Assembly: GCA_965223325.1 (NCBI GenBank)
Contig: CBDCWI010000002.1
Location: 2,880,001-2,944,000, forward strand
Direction of reading: 5' to 3'
Source: Candidatus Multivoradales bacterium
Lineage (GTDB): Bacteria > Acidobacteriota > Thermoanaerobaculia > Multivoradales > Multivoraceae
DNA: 64,000 nucleotides
Within the stretch, counting starts at the first letter, position 1. Every line of letters starts with the position of its first letter. The notes beneath the pieces are model-generated. The model worked only from the letters and a program-made list of their open reading frames with translations, ran no database searches and was not told where the DNA came from. The translations under genes were made by a program, and so were the position numbers. Of the stretch, positions 11,040-20,575 are shown piece by piece.

Positions 11040-11420
11040 TTATCCTTTAGCCGAGATAACTGTGCCATTGGCGCGTCGCAGTACCCGCCAACCGCTGTAG
11101 CCGAGCCAAGACAACCACAGCCCGCCAAGCAGCAGTCCTCCCGCCTCGCGCGCCTGTTCGTCTTCGGCCGCCATCGAGAGGGTCGAGAACGAAGACAGGG
11201 TGGCCTGCGCGAGCGCCGGTATCAACGGAATGACAGCCAGAATCGAAAGGCCCGCCAGGGTTAGCGTGAAGCGCGGCAGGTAGAACCCGCGCCAGGCCGC
11301 AAGCGAGAGTGTGGCCAGCGCTAAGTAGTAGAGCACCCAGCGCCACGGATCCGGGTCGTTCCATTGCACCGCGGCACCGAGGGCGAACAGTGCCGCCATG
11401 ATCAGCTGGATCCATCGCAC
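11040..11420 (-). CDS. TMEM220-family membrane protein
   Basis: AVQWNDPDPWRWVLYY and REAGGL motifs; GAGGAGG RBS before GTG 11420. Confidence 0.8.
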   Translation of the reverse strand: MRWIQLIMAALFALGAAVQWNDPDPWRWVLYYLALATLSLAAWRGFYLPRFTLTLAGLSILAVIPLIPALAQATLSSFSTLSMAAEDEQAREAGGLLLGGLWLSWLGYSGWRVLRRANGTVISAKG

Positions 11421-11508
11421 GCTTTGTGCCCTCCTCGAGCATCGAAACAGTTCCCGGTCAATGCCGGCGGTCGTGGGATTGTGACACCGCAGATACGATT
11501 CCCCCATC

Positions 11509-12654
11509 ATGGACCCCGAGAACCGTCGCTTTCACCAGCCCGACCAGACAACACCGGCGATGGGTCCCTACAAAGTCTATGGCCGTGTGTTGTCGATTGC
11601 CGGTGAGAACGAAGCACCCATTCTGCTGGCACGCCATCGCGACACCGGCATTTCGGTGCTAGCTGTCTCCATGCAAGACACCCCGGGCTCGCGCGGCGGC
11701 CTGATCGAGCCCGAGAGCCTCCTCGGGCGGGCCCAGGCGGTGATGGAGCTCGGGCATGACGGCTTTCCGCTGCTGTTCGATCAAGGCAGCGGCGAGGGCG
11801 GGCTGGCCTGGCTCACATGGCGCACCGAAACGCGCGTCTCGCTGCGCGAACAGCTCGAAAGCGGTCGCGTCGACGCCAGGCGCGCGGTCGCGATCGCGAG
11901 ATCCGTGGCCGAAGCCCTCGGCGCCTTGCATCGCAGCGACAAGCTGCACGGCAGCCTCTCGCCAGGATCGATCCTGCTCGCGTCACCGGGAGGGATTGCA
12001 CTCCCCACCGCCAATCTGCTCCGCCCGGACCGCTTGCTCAAGGAAGGCGCGGTACCGAGCGGGTGGGGTGCAGCCGCCTATCGAGCGCCCGAGCAGCTGG
12101 GGCGCGCCAGGGATACCGGAGATGTCGCGACCAGAATCGGCCCGGCGTCTGACATCTTCTCTCTCGGCACCATCCTCTACGAAGCAACGGTCGGACGGAC
12201 GCCCTTCATGGGACGTACTTTCGAAGACATGGCGCGAAGCATTCAGAGCGAGCCGTTCGCAGCACCGCAAAAAGACGACCCACAACTGCCCAGGGTGTTG
12301 TGCGACATCTTCGCGAAGAGCCTGGCAAAAGACCCCGCGGACCGTTATGCCTCGATCGCCGACATGCAGAGCGACCTGGTCCTGTTGGCCGAAACACTCG
12401 CCCCCCGGCCGGCCCGCGCCCGCGGCGGCATCTCGCGCGCCAGTAGCGCGAGCGCATCGATTGGGGCTGGAGCCACGACTCGAGTCCCCGATCGCCTCAG
12501 CTTTGAGCGCGACTCGCTCCTCGGCCGTGTCTCAGAACGTCGCCAGAAGCTCGCCGACGAAGGACCGCCACCGACCTGGCTGCGCTGGACCGTGCCCCTC
12601 GGTGTGTTCTTGATGGTCGCGATCACGGTCTGGTTCCTCTTCCTACGCCCATGA
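11509..12654 (+). CDS. Membrane-anchored Ser/Thr kinase-like protein (probable pseudokinase)
   Basis: C-lobe motifs YRAPEQ, SDIFSLGTILYE..GRTPF, LAKDPADRY. Catalytic loop reads HGSLSPGS and there is no DFG. C-terminal TM helix. Confidence 0.85.
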   Translation: MDPENRRFHQPDQTTPAMGPYKVYGRVLSIAGENEAPILLARHRDTGISVLAVSMQDTPGSRGGLIEPESLLGRAQAVMELGHDGFPLLFDQGSGEGGLAWLTWRTETRVSLREQLESGRVDARRAVAIARSVAEALGALHRSDKLHGSLSPGSILLASPGGIALPTANLLRPDRLLKEGAVPSGWGAAAYRAPEQLGRARDTGDVATRIGPASDIFSLGTILYEATVGRTPFMGRTFEDMARSIQSEPFAAPQKDDPQLPRVLCDIFAKSLAKDPADRYASIADMQSDLVLLAETLAPRPARARGGISRASSASASIGAGATTRVPDRLSFERDSLLGRVSERRQKLADEGPPPTWLRWTVPLGVFLMVAITVWFLFLRP

Positions 12655-12688
12655 AGCCATAGAAGAGCGCATCGATACACTGCGGCCC

Positions 12689-14131
12689 ATGCTCACCTCT
12701 GATCTCGGATTCGCCTCTGCCACCGATCTCACCGCCGCCATCCGCGCCGGCAGGCTGTCGAGCCGCGAGATCCTGGACGTTCTCCTGGAGCGAGTTGCTT
12801 CGCTCGACGAGAGCGTGCATGCGGTCACCGCCCTCGACACCGAACGCGCCCGGAAAGAGGCGGACCTGGCAGACGCCGAAGCCCAACGCGGTGAATCGCG
12901 CGGCCCCTTGCACGGGCTACCGATGACGATCAAGGACTCGTACCAGACCGCCCATCTGCGTACGACCTGCGGAGCGCCGGAGTATGCGGATTTCATACCT
13001 CGAGTCGACGCAGTGCCGGTCGCCCGCCTGAAGGCGGCGGGCGCCGTCGTTTTCGGAAAAACCAACCTACCGATCTGGGCCAACGATACGCAGAGCTACA
13101 ACGAGCTCTTCCCGACCACCAACAATCCATACGATCCGGAGCGCACCGCCGGAGGGTCCTCGGGAGGAGCAGCAGCCGCGCTGGCGGCAGGCTTCACGCC
13201 GCTCGAGTTGGGCTCAGACATAGGAGGTTCAATTCGAGGACCCGCCGCCACCTGCGGAGTCACCGGCCACAAACCCAGCTACGGCATCGTGCCCTTCGTC
13301 GGGCAGATCCCCGGACCACCTGGCACCCTGACCGAGGCCGACCTGGCGGTCGCTGGACCGATGGCCCGCACCGTCGACGACCTGGAACTCGGCCTCGATG
13401 TACTCGCCGGTCCCAACGACTGGAACTCGACGGGATGGCAGCTGAGGCTTCCAGCGCCTCGCCACAGTCACATTCGGGACTATCGCGTCGCCACCTGGAG
13501 TGAGGAAGAGAGCGCTCCTATCGCCCAGTCGGTCGCCCGAGGTCTAGAAGACGCGGCCCGCGCTCTCGAAGACGCCGGCGCCACAGTTCACCGTGAGCAG
13601 CGTCCAGACTTTTCGTTCGACTATGCGGTGCGCGTCTACCTGCAACTCCTCGGTGCTGCCCAGGCCGGCGGCTACTCACCCGAGGAAATCGAAGCGATGG
13701 CCGCGGTGCCCGAGGAGGGTGACGGCCTTGCGCCCGGTCACTATGCGCAGCGTCATCGCGCCTGGCTGTCGGCCAACGAACGGCGTCTGCAAATGCGCCG
13801 CAAATGGCACCAGTACTTCGGCAATGTCGACGCGGTCCTGATGCCGGCACTCCCCACCCCGGCAATCCCCCACGATCACAGCGAGCCGCAGGCGGCCCGC
13901 ACGATCGACGTCGATGGTGCAAGCCGCCCCTACCTCGAGCAGATTTCCTGGGCCGGGCTCACCGGCGTGGCGTGGCTACCCGGTACGGTCGTGCCGGTCG
14001 CCGCGACCGCAGACGGCCTCCCGATCGGTATCCAGGTCGTTGGCCCCTTTCTCGAGGACCGCACCTCTCTGTTCGTCGCGCGGTTCCTCGAACGCTCACT
14101 CGGTGGCTTCAGGCGACCCCCTGGCTTCTGA
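12689..14131 (+). CDS. Amidase signature family protein
   Basis: GPLHGLPMTIKD, GKTN, GGSSGGAAAA, GSDIGGSIRGPA. Confidence 0.95.
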   Translation: MLTSDLGFASATDLTAAIRAGRLSSREILDVLLERVASLDESVHAVTALDTERARKEADLADAEAQRGESRGPLHGLPMTIKDSYQTAHLRTTCGAPEYADFIPRVDAVPVARLKAAGAVVFGKTNLPIWANDTQSYNELFPTTNNPYDPERTAGGSSGGAAAALAAGFTPLELGSDIGGSIRGPAATCGVTGHKPSYGIVPFVGQIPGPPGTLTEADLAVAGPMARTVDDLELGLDVLAGPNDWNSTGWQLRLPAPRHSHIRDYRVATWSEEESAPIAQSVARGLEDAARALEDAGATVHREQRPDFSFDYAVRVYLQLLGAAQAGGYSPEEIEAMAAVPEEGDGLAPGHYAQRHRAWLSANERRLQMRRKWHQYFGNVDAVLMPALPTPAIPHDHSEPQAARTIDVDGASRPYLEQISWAGLTGVAWLPGTVVPVAATADGLPIGIQVVGPFLEDRTSLFVARFLERSLGGFRRPPGF

Positions 14132-14148
14132 CTGGGGTCGCCAGCGCT

Positions 14149-15402
14149 TCAAGGAATGCGCTGTTCGATGAAACGCCGGATGGGCTCGAAGACCGCTTCG
14201 ACCGCATCTTCGGCCACCAGGACATCGAGATGCCCGTGGTTCTCCAGCACATGGAGGTCGACGTCGGGTGATCCTGACTTGCCGGCCGAGTACAAGCCGT
14301 CGAGCAGCCAGTCGACACCCAGGGCCTCGGTGCCGAAGTGGAGAATGGGCACCGTCATCTCGCCCCAGCAGTCGTCGAGGGAGGTACCGGGATGGTCCGC
14401 AACCATGGTCTGTAGCCGACCCTCGAGATCCTGCACACGCGGCCAGTAGCGATCGTAATCGGCCAGGAGGCGCGCTAGCACCTCAGGTCGGGTGACGCCT
14501 TTGCCACCGTCGGAGCGCTGGGCGCCCATCGGGTTCGCCAGGCGTCCCGGCCCCCAAGCACCGAAGAGCACACTTGCGACCTGCTCGCCCACGTTGCCGT
14601 AGCGCTCGGCACGTTGGTCGCCGACCGCGGGGCCCGACGGATCAGAAAAGGCGGCCCGCATCAAACGATCTCGATTCTGCCAACCAATGCCGGCAGCCAC
14701 GTCAGACACCAGTTTGCCGCTACCCTCGACCTGGGCGCGGGCGGCAGTCAGATCGCCGGCCTCGGTCGTCCTGTCGGCGCTGCTCTTGTGGCTCTTGAAC
14801 ATTCCGTCGAGCGCTATCAGGCCGTCAACCTGCGCCTCACCCGGCTGGCAGGTGAGCGCGTAGGCAAACGAGACCCCACGGCTAAAACCCGCAACATGAA
14901 GCGGTATCTCACCGATCTCAGAGCGGACGAACTCCGCAGCGGCGCGCGCATCAGCGACGAAAGACTCAACCGTCCACTCGGCCAGCGCCTCGAAACCGTC
15001 TTCTATGTCGGCTCCGATCTGGTGCGTGCGGTAGTCGAGTGTGTAGACCACGATCCCACGCGCAGCCAGGTAGAGCCACAAGTTGTAGCGCTCGTCGTTG
15101 AGGGCCACCGCACCGTTCATGTTGGTGCCGGGCAGGTAGAAGAGCGCGGCGCGCGGCGGGGCGGCGGAGCGGTAACGATGGACCTGAATCGTGTCCCACT
15201 TGCCACGCGGCTCGCGCGACGAACGCCAGACGGTCTCCTTGACCGAACCGCCCTCGCCAACCGCACGGGGTTGAACCACCGGCCTCCACTCCTGGGCCTG
15301 GGTCGGTGCGGGAAGGGCGTTGGCAAGGCTCAGGGCGACCAGGGCGCTCAAGACGATCGGTCGTTTGAGGCGTTGGACTGGGTAGCTCGGAAGGCGTTCC
15401 AT
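14149..15402 (-). CDS. Secreted alpha/beta hydrolase
   Basis: Signal peptide, YLPGT, YTLDYR, nucleophile elbow GFSRG, C-terminal HGHLD. Confidence 0.8.
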   Translation of the reverse strand: MERLPSYPVQRLKRPIVLSALVALSLANALPAPTQAQEWRPVVQPRAVGEGGSVKETVWRSSREPRGKWDTIQVHRYRSAAPPRAALFYLPGTNMNGAVALNDERYNLWLYLAARGIVVYTLDYRTHQIGADIEDGFEALAEWTVESFVADARAAAEFVRSEIGEIPLHVAGFSRGVSFAYALTCQPGEAQVDGLIALDGMFKSHKSSADRTTEAGDLTAARAQVEGSGKLVSDVAAGIGWQNRDRLMRAAFSDPSGPAVGDQRAERYGNVGEQVASVLFGAWGPGRLANPMGAQRSDGGKGVTRPEVLARLLADYDRYWPRVQDLEGRLQTMVADHPGTSLDDCWGEMTVPILHFGTEALGVDWLLDGLYSAGKSGSPDVDLHVLENHGHLDVLVAEDAVEAVFEPIRRFIEQRIP

Positions 15403-15522
15403 GGTTTCCCCCCTTTCTGCGGGTAGTGCTCTGGTGATCGTTGGCCAGAACGCTTTGACTGGTCGTCATCTTCTCACCCTGGGTGCCCCGGAGGGCCTCC
15501 GGTCCAGCCGCTACGATGGGGA

Positions 15523-16566
15523 ATGTTCAGAAACGACTGGCTGGCAGCAGTCGAGGAGCCCGCGCTCGAGCCCGAACTCGAGATCTGCGACCCTCATCAC
15601 CACCTTTGGCAACGTGCCGAGAGCTGCTACCTGGTCGAGGACCTCGAAGCAGATGTCGAGGGGACTGCCGGCGGGCATCACGTGACAGAAACGGTGTTCG
15701 TTGAGTGCAGCGCCTATTACCGAGACAACGGCCCGACTGCGCTTCGGCCGGTGGGCGAGACCGAAGGGATAGAGCAGCTGGCGACGGCGTCGACGGGCTC
15801 TCTGGATGTGGCCGCCATCGTCGGTTTCGCCGACCTGTTGCTCGGCGACAGGGTCGACTCGGTACTCGAGGCTCATCTCGAAGCCAGCCCGCGCTTTCGC
15901 GGCATTCGTCATGCCGCCGGTTGGGACGAGAGTGACGAAGTGCGCAATTCCCATTCGAAGCCCTTCCGCGGGATGCTGCTCGATGAGAGGTTCCGGCGCG
16001 GCTTTGCGCGCCTCGCCCGTTACGACCTGACCTTCGACGCATGGCTCTACCATCATCAGCTCGACGAGCTCACCGACCTGGCCAGAGCGTTCCCGGGGAC
16101 GACGATCATTCTCGACCACCTCGGAGGACCGCTCGGTATTGGCCCCTACGCCGGCCGACAAAACGAAGTGCGGAAGATCTGGCGGCGCGGCATCGAGGCC
16201 GTCGCCAGTTGCCCAAACGTGATGGTGAAACTTGGCGGTATCCAGATGCCAATCAACGGCCATCGTTTCCACCACCAGGACCGTCCACCGACATCGGCCG
16301 AGCTCGCCGAGACGGTAGGTCCCTGGTATCGCGAAACCCTCGACCTCTTCGGCCCCGACCGCGCGATGTTCGAAAGCAACTTCCCCGTTGACCGCGCCTC
16401 GTGCTCCTACACGGTGCTCTGGAACTGCTTCAAGCTCCTCAGCGCTGATCTCAGCGCCAACGAACGTCGGCTGCTGTTTCGAGACACCGCGAAGCGTGTC
16501 TACAGGCTCTCCTCGGTGCACCGACCTCCCGGGGACGTCGCAACCAGGGTTCCGACCCGTGAGTAG
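15523..16566 (+). CDS. Amidohydrolase_2 family protein
   Basis: ICDPHHHLW, RFRGIRH, ILDHLGGP, FGPDRAMFESNFPVD. Confidence 0.93.
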   Translation: MFRNDWLAAVEEPALEPELEICDPHHHLWQRAESCYLVEDLEADVEGTAGGHHVTETVFVECSAYYRDNGPTALRPVGETEGIEQLATASTGSLDVAAIVGFADLLLGDRVDSVLEAHLEASPRFRGIRHAAGWDESDEVRNSHSKPFRGMLLDERFRRGFARLARYDLTFDAWLYHHQLDELTDLARAFPGTTIILDHLGGPLGIGPYAGRQNEVRKIWRRGIEAVASCPNVMVKLGGIQMPINGHRFHHQDRPPTSAELAETVGPWYRETLDLFGPDRAMFESNFPVDRASCSYTVLWNCFKLLSADLSANERRLLFRDTAKRVYRLSSVHRPPGDVATRVPTRE

Positions 16567-16639
16567 GCCTTCATATACTCGGACCTTCGGTCGTCTCATT
16601 GTGGTCCGGGTCATTGTGGCCCTTCGAGGAGAAACGTAG

Positions 16640-18403
16640 ATGTTTCAACGAGACTCGTCGCTGGCCCGCCGTTGTTCGAGGAAATGCAAACTGCCCCTCG
16701 TTCGACTCCTGGCGCTCGGCCTGGCCTTCGCAGCCTCCGCCTTCGCGCAGCAGAGTGAACCACTGCCTGAGGTGTTCAGTGATCAGGTCGACGTCCGAGT
16801 GGTCAACGTCGAGGTGGTGGTCACCGACAAAGACGGCAATCGAAGAAAAGGGCTCGAACCGTCCGACTTCAGGCTTCTGGTTGATGGTTTAGAGACCGCC
16901 ATCGACTACTTCAGCGAGGTGCAGGACGGTCGCGTCGTCGACCAGCACGCGGGCAGCGTGTCGTCGGTACCCACGCTCGAACGCGGCCGTGACGTCGGCA
17001 CCAACTACCTGGTGTTCATCGACGACTGGTTCTCGATTGGCCGCGACCGCGACCGCGTCCTTTCGAACCTCGAGCAACAACTCGCGGGCATCAGGCCGCG
17101 AGACCGCGTCGCGATGGTCGCGTTCGATGGTCGCAAGCTCGACATGCTCACCACCTGGACGAATTCGCCTCGCGAGATCCGGCGGGCCCTTCAGCGCGCT
17201 CAGAGCCGCGACGCCAACGGCCTGGCCCACATGAGCGCCGTACGCACCAACGACGCCGAGCGCCGCGAACGACGCTACATGCGCCAGCTGCAAGTCGAGC
17301 GCGCGGGTCTCGAAACCGATCCGCGCGACATGATGCGCACGACCCTCGAGGGCCCTGAACGCGATTTCGCCAACCGCCTCACCAACGAAGTCAAGCGTTC
17401 GGTCGCTGCCGCTACCTCGACGCTGCGATCGTTTGCGCAGCCCGAAGGGCGGAAGGTCATGCTGGTGCTCTCCGGGGGCTGGCCCTTTGCACCAACTGAG
17501 TACGTCGTCAACGACTGGAACGCGACTGCCGAAGACCTTTTTTCGTCAGGCGCCTTCGATGAGAGCGGCTCTTCGGGCAGCAACCTCTTCGAACCGCTGG
17601 TGACAACAGCCAATCTGCTTGGCTACACCCTCTACCCGGTCGACGTCCAGGGCCTGCGGCGCGAGGACGCGAGCGACGCCTCGGTCGGAGTCTTCGAGCA
17701 GACCCTCGGCGAGCCGACAGAGGGCGAAGTCAGCCCGGCGCGGACTCTACCGCGCGAGCTCTACAATCACGCCAGTCTCGACTTCCTCGCCGAGCGCACC
17801 GGCGGCGAAGCGCTGATCAACGCCAAACGCGACCACGCTCTCGAACAGGTCATCCGCGATACCGCCACCTACTACTGGCTCGGCTTCCAGCCGCAGCGCA
17901 ACGAGGACGACGCGGCCCACACCATAGAAGTGCAGCTGCGAGATCGGCCCGGCCTTCGGGTTCGCGCCCGCGCGGGGTTTGTCGATCTGTCGCGTTCGAC
18001 CGAAGTCACCATGTTGGTCGAGAGTTCCTTGCTGGTCGGTGATCCGCCAAGCGCCAACCCGCTGGGACTTGCTTTCGGTAAACCAAAGAAGCGGCGCGGG
18101 CGCACCACCATGCCGCTCGAAGTGCGCATCCCGCTCGACGAGATCGTGCTCCTGCCAACCGCCGGGCGCTTCCGTAACGACCTCGAGGTTCGGATCACGG
18201 TCATGGACGAGCGCGGCAATCGCTCGCCGGTGTCGATCGATACGGTGAGCATCAACGGCGCCGCGGCACCGCGTCCCGGTCAGTACTACACCTACATCAC
18301 CGACTTGACGCTCAAGTCGCGCCAACATCGCATTGTCGTCGCGGTCTTCGACCCCATCAGCGGCGCCATTCTGTCGAGTTCGGGCGAAATCGGGTTCCGT
18401 TGA
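16640..18403 (+). CDS. Acidobacterial VWA (VWFA-related) domain protein
   Basis: VRVVNVEVVVTDKDG..GL...DF, GRKVMLVLSGG, YPVDVQGL, LAERTGG, YYWLGF, RVRARAG. Confidence 0.88.
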   Translation: MFQRDSSLARRCSRKCKLPLVRLLALGLAFAASAFAQQSEPLPEVFSDQVDVRVVNVEVVVTDKDGNRRKGLEPSDFRLLVDGLETAIDYFSEVQDGRVVDQHAGSVSSVPTLERGRDVGTNYLVFIDDWFSIGRDRDRVLSNLEQQLAGIRPRDRVAMVAFDGRKLDMLTTWTNSPREIRRALQRAQSRDANGLAHMSAVRTNDAERRERRYMRQLQVERAGLETDPRDMMRTTLEGPERDFANRLTNEVKRSVAAATSTLRSFAQPEGRKVMLVLSGGWPFAPTEYVVNDWNATAEDLFSSGAFDESGSSGSNLFEPLVTTANLLGYTLYPVDVQGLRREDASDASVGVFEQTLGEPTEGEVSPARTLPRELYNHASLDFLAERTGGEALINAKRDHALEQVIRDTATYYWLGFQPQRNEDDAAHTIEVQLRDRPGLRVRARAGFVDLSRSTEVTMLVESSLLVGDPPSANPLGLAFGKPKKRRGRTTMPLEVRIPLDEIVLLPTAGRFRNDLEVRITVMDERGNRSPVSIDTVSINGAAAPRPGQYYTYITDLTLKSRQHRIVVAVFDPISGAILSSSGEIGFR

Positions 18404-18490
18404 AACGTTGTTGCGATGCGCACCTCCGGTGGTTTCGCGGTGCTCGTGAGTGGCGACATCGCGACGGCGCCTCGCGTTACCACGAGCCAG

Positions 18491-20248
18491 CTACCGCGCA
18501 AGCGCTACGGCGCGACTCCAGCCGAGTGCCGTGCCACTTTCGAAACCGTCGGCAAAAATATCGCGGCCAAACTCGTGGGCGCCGATGTCCCAGTGGGCTC
18601 CTATCGGTCTCGAGCCCCCGAACGCGTCCCTCGCCAGGTCGATTCCATAGCGGGAGTTGAACAGGCTATACACCGAGTCCGCCGCTCCCGCATCGATCGC
18701 CGGTGAGCCGCGCGCAAGGCGCAGGTCGCCAGCCGGCGCATCGACGAATCGAGGCTGTCCGATGAAGCTCGACTGACCCTTGCCGGTGGCAGCCTGGAAC
18801 GATGCGAGATCGCGAATCATACCGTCGGCCCATTGAATCCGCACATCGGCGTCAGCGAACAGGTTGTGGTGAACCTGCGACGCCGCCGCGAGGCTCGACA
18901 TCTCGAACAAGATGTCCCGACCCTCCGCCGTGGTGCGGCCCCCAAAGATGTTGCTATGGATCTCGATGCTCCCCGGGATCGACGGCGAGTGAAGACCGGC
19001 CTGGTAGGACCACAAAGTGTTGTGCACGACCCTTCGGTTGACCCCGCCACGCAGCACAATGGCCGCGCTGTCGTGCGCGTTGCCCGCGTCCCAACTCTGG
19101 CTGGAGTTGATGTCGTAGATGAGGTTGCCAACGATGTAGGCGTGGGTTCCAAAGCCGCCGCCATCGCTTTCGAAGCGAATCCCGGACTCACAGTCGTGCA
19201 GTTCGTTGAACAGATACCAAACGTACTCCGGGCCGTACTGCTGACCCATACACCCTGCCAGCGATGAGTTGCTCGGGCGAATGTTGAAGATGTGGTTCTG
19301 GGAAAAGATCACGTCGACAGCCTGCTTGGTCCACAGGCCTGTCTGTTTGTGCCCATGAGACGTGTTGCGACCAATGTAGAGATGGTGAGTATCGGCTTGA
19401 CGTGCGGTACCCGCATTGACCTGCAGACCGTCGCCACTGCAGCGCGCCATGTGGTTGTCGACCACCCAGAGGTAACGAACGCCGGCACCGATTGCGATGC
19501 AGTGTTTATCCTGGTCGAAGTCGGCATCGACATCGCCAACATCGTGAATCACGTTGTTGTACAGCACGACATGAGAGAGCTCGGAGTCCGGGTTGTACGA
19601 GGCAACTCCGAGCCCGCCACCTTGAAGATTGCCGTGAACCTTGTTGTGGCGTACGACGATGTGGTCTGAGTCGTACTCGTTGAGGCCCTTATCGGTGACC
19701 GTGAGCATGCCGACGTAGCCATCCGCAAGATCTCCGTCGGCGTCTTTCATGTCGAAGTTCTCGACAATCACGTAGCTCGAACCGACGATCTCCATCTCGC
19801 GGATGACAACCGTCTTCTGTTGCACGTTTGGGCCGCGAATGAAGATGGGCCGCTCCGCGGTTCCGGCACCATGAAGATCACGCGGACTACTGTGGGGATA
19901 GTCGTACACACCGTGGACCTCCACGACGCTGCCGGCTGCCAGCGGATCGCCATCGCGCCCTGGAATGGTGCAGCGCGGCTTCGCCGGGGTTCCAAAGTTG
20001 AACAACCCAGAGACATCGTCGCTACAGTTCGCGTCCGAATTGTCGACGTAGTGCGTATACGGGCCGTTGCCGGCATCGCGGTAGGGCTCCGGCCCGGAGC
20101 CAAAGTCGTACGACTGCGAGCCGTAGTCCTGGTGACTCTCGCTGATCCCGAAATCCGGGTTGGGAATGCCGAGGGGTGGTTTCCACTCCTGGGCGGCTAG
20201 CGGAGTCGTAAACAACAGGACAGCGATCTGCAGGGTGCGGGGCGACAT
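18491..20248 (-). CDS. Secreted right-handed beta-helix (pectin lyase-like) protein with choice-of-anchor-Q-like region and IFADGFESG tail
   Basis: Signal peptide, Asn-ladder repeats, PRFVD..GDLRL..GSPAIDAG..DIGAHE, DIFADGFESG..WS. Confidence 0.8.
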   Translation of the reverse strand: MSPRTLQIAVLLFTTPLAAQEWKPPLGIPNPDFGISESHQDYGSQSYDFGSGPEPYRDAGNGPYTHYVDNSDANCSDDVSGLFNFGTPAKPRCTIPGRDGDPLAAGSVVEVHGVYDYPHSSPRDLHGAGTAERPIFIRGPNVQQKTVVIREMEIVGSSYVIVENFDMKDADGDLADGYVGMLTVTDKGLNEYDSDHIVVRHNKVHGNLQGGGLGVASYNPDSELSHVVLYNNVIHDVGDVDADFDQDKHCIAIGAGVRYLWVVDNHMARCSGDGLQVNAGTARQADTHHLYIGRNTSHGHKQTGLWTKQAVDVIFSQNHIFNIRPSNSSLAGCMGQQYGPEYVWYLFNELHDCESGIRFESDGGGFGTHAYIVGNLIYDINSSQSWDAGNAHDSAAIVLRGGVNRRVVHNTLWSYQAGLHSPSIPGSIEIHSNIFGGRTTAEGRDILFEMSSLAAASQVHHNLFADADVRIQWADGMIRDLASFQAATGKGQSSFIGQPRFVDAPAGDLRLARGSPAIDAGAADSVYSLFNSRYGIDLARDAFGGSRPIGAHWDIGAHEFGRDIFADGFESGTALGWSRAVALAR

Positions 20249-20575
20249 AAGGTCAAGGCTACCCAATTCCAGAGTCTGGAGGCACCGTCCGGCTCCCTAG
20301 AATCACGGCAGAGAACCCCTCGAAAAGATGGCGCGGCCTGAAGAAATGGAGATATCCAACTAAAACGATATTTCATCTGCCCTCTCAGCGCATCGCGTCC
20401 ACCCGCTCCTTTCTACCCGCCCGAAGGGCAGAGCCTTCGGGTCTGCACTCCCATGAAGATGGAGACCGACCTGACCTCCGCCGCACGGCTCTCGTTTCGC
20501 CGGCCGGCCCTTGCCCTCTGCCCTTCTTGCGAAGGCGCGGGAACCTATTCATTTCTCTCTGCTGCGGAGTACCCC

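Noticed and set aside
20415-20480. Resemblance to a c-di-GMP-I (GEMM) riboswitch (GCAGAGCC..GGTCT)
   Set aside because: It lacks the GGCAAA-type P1 entry and the GAAA-capped P2 with GACGCAAA junction. Kept only as an unnamed structured leader.
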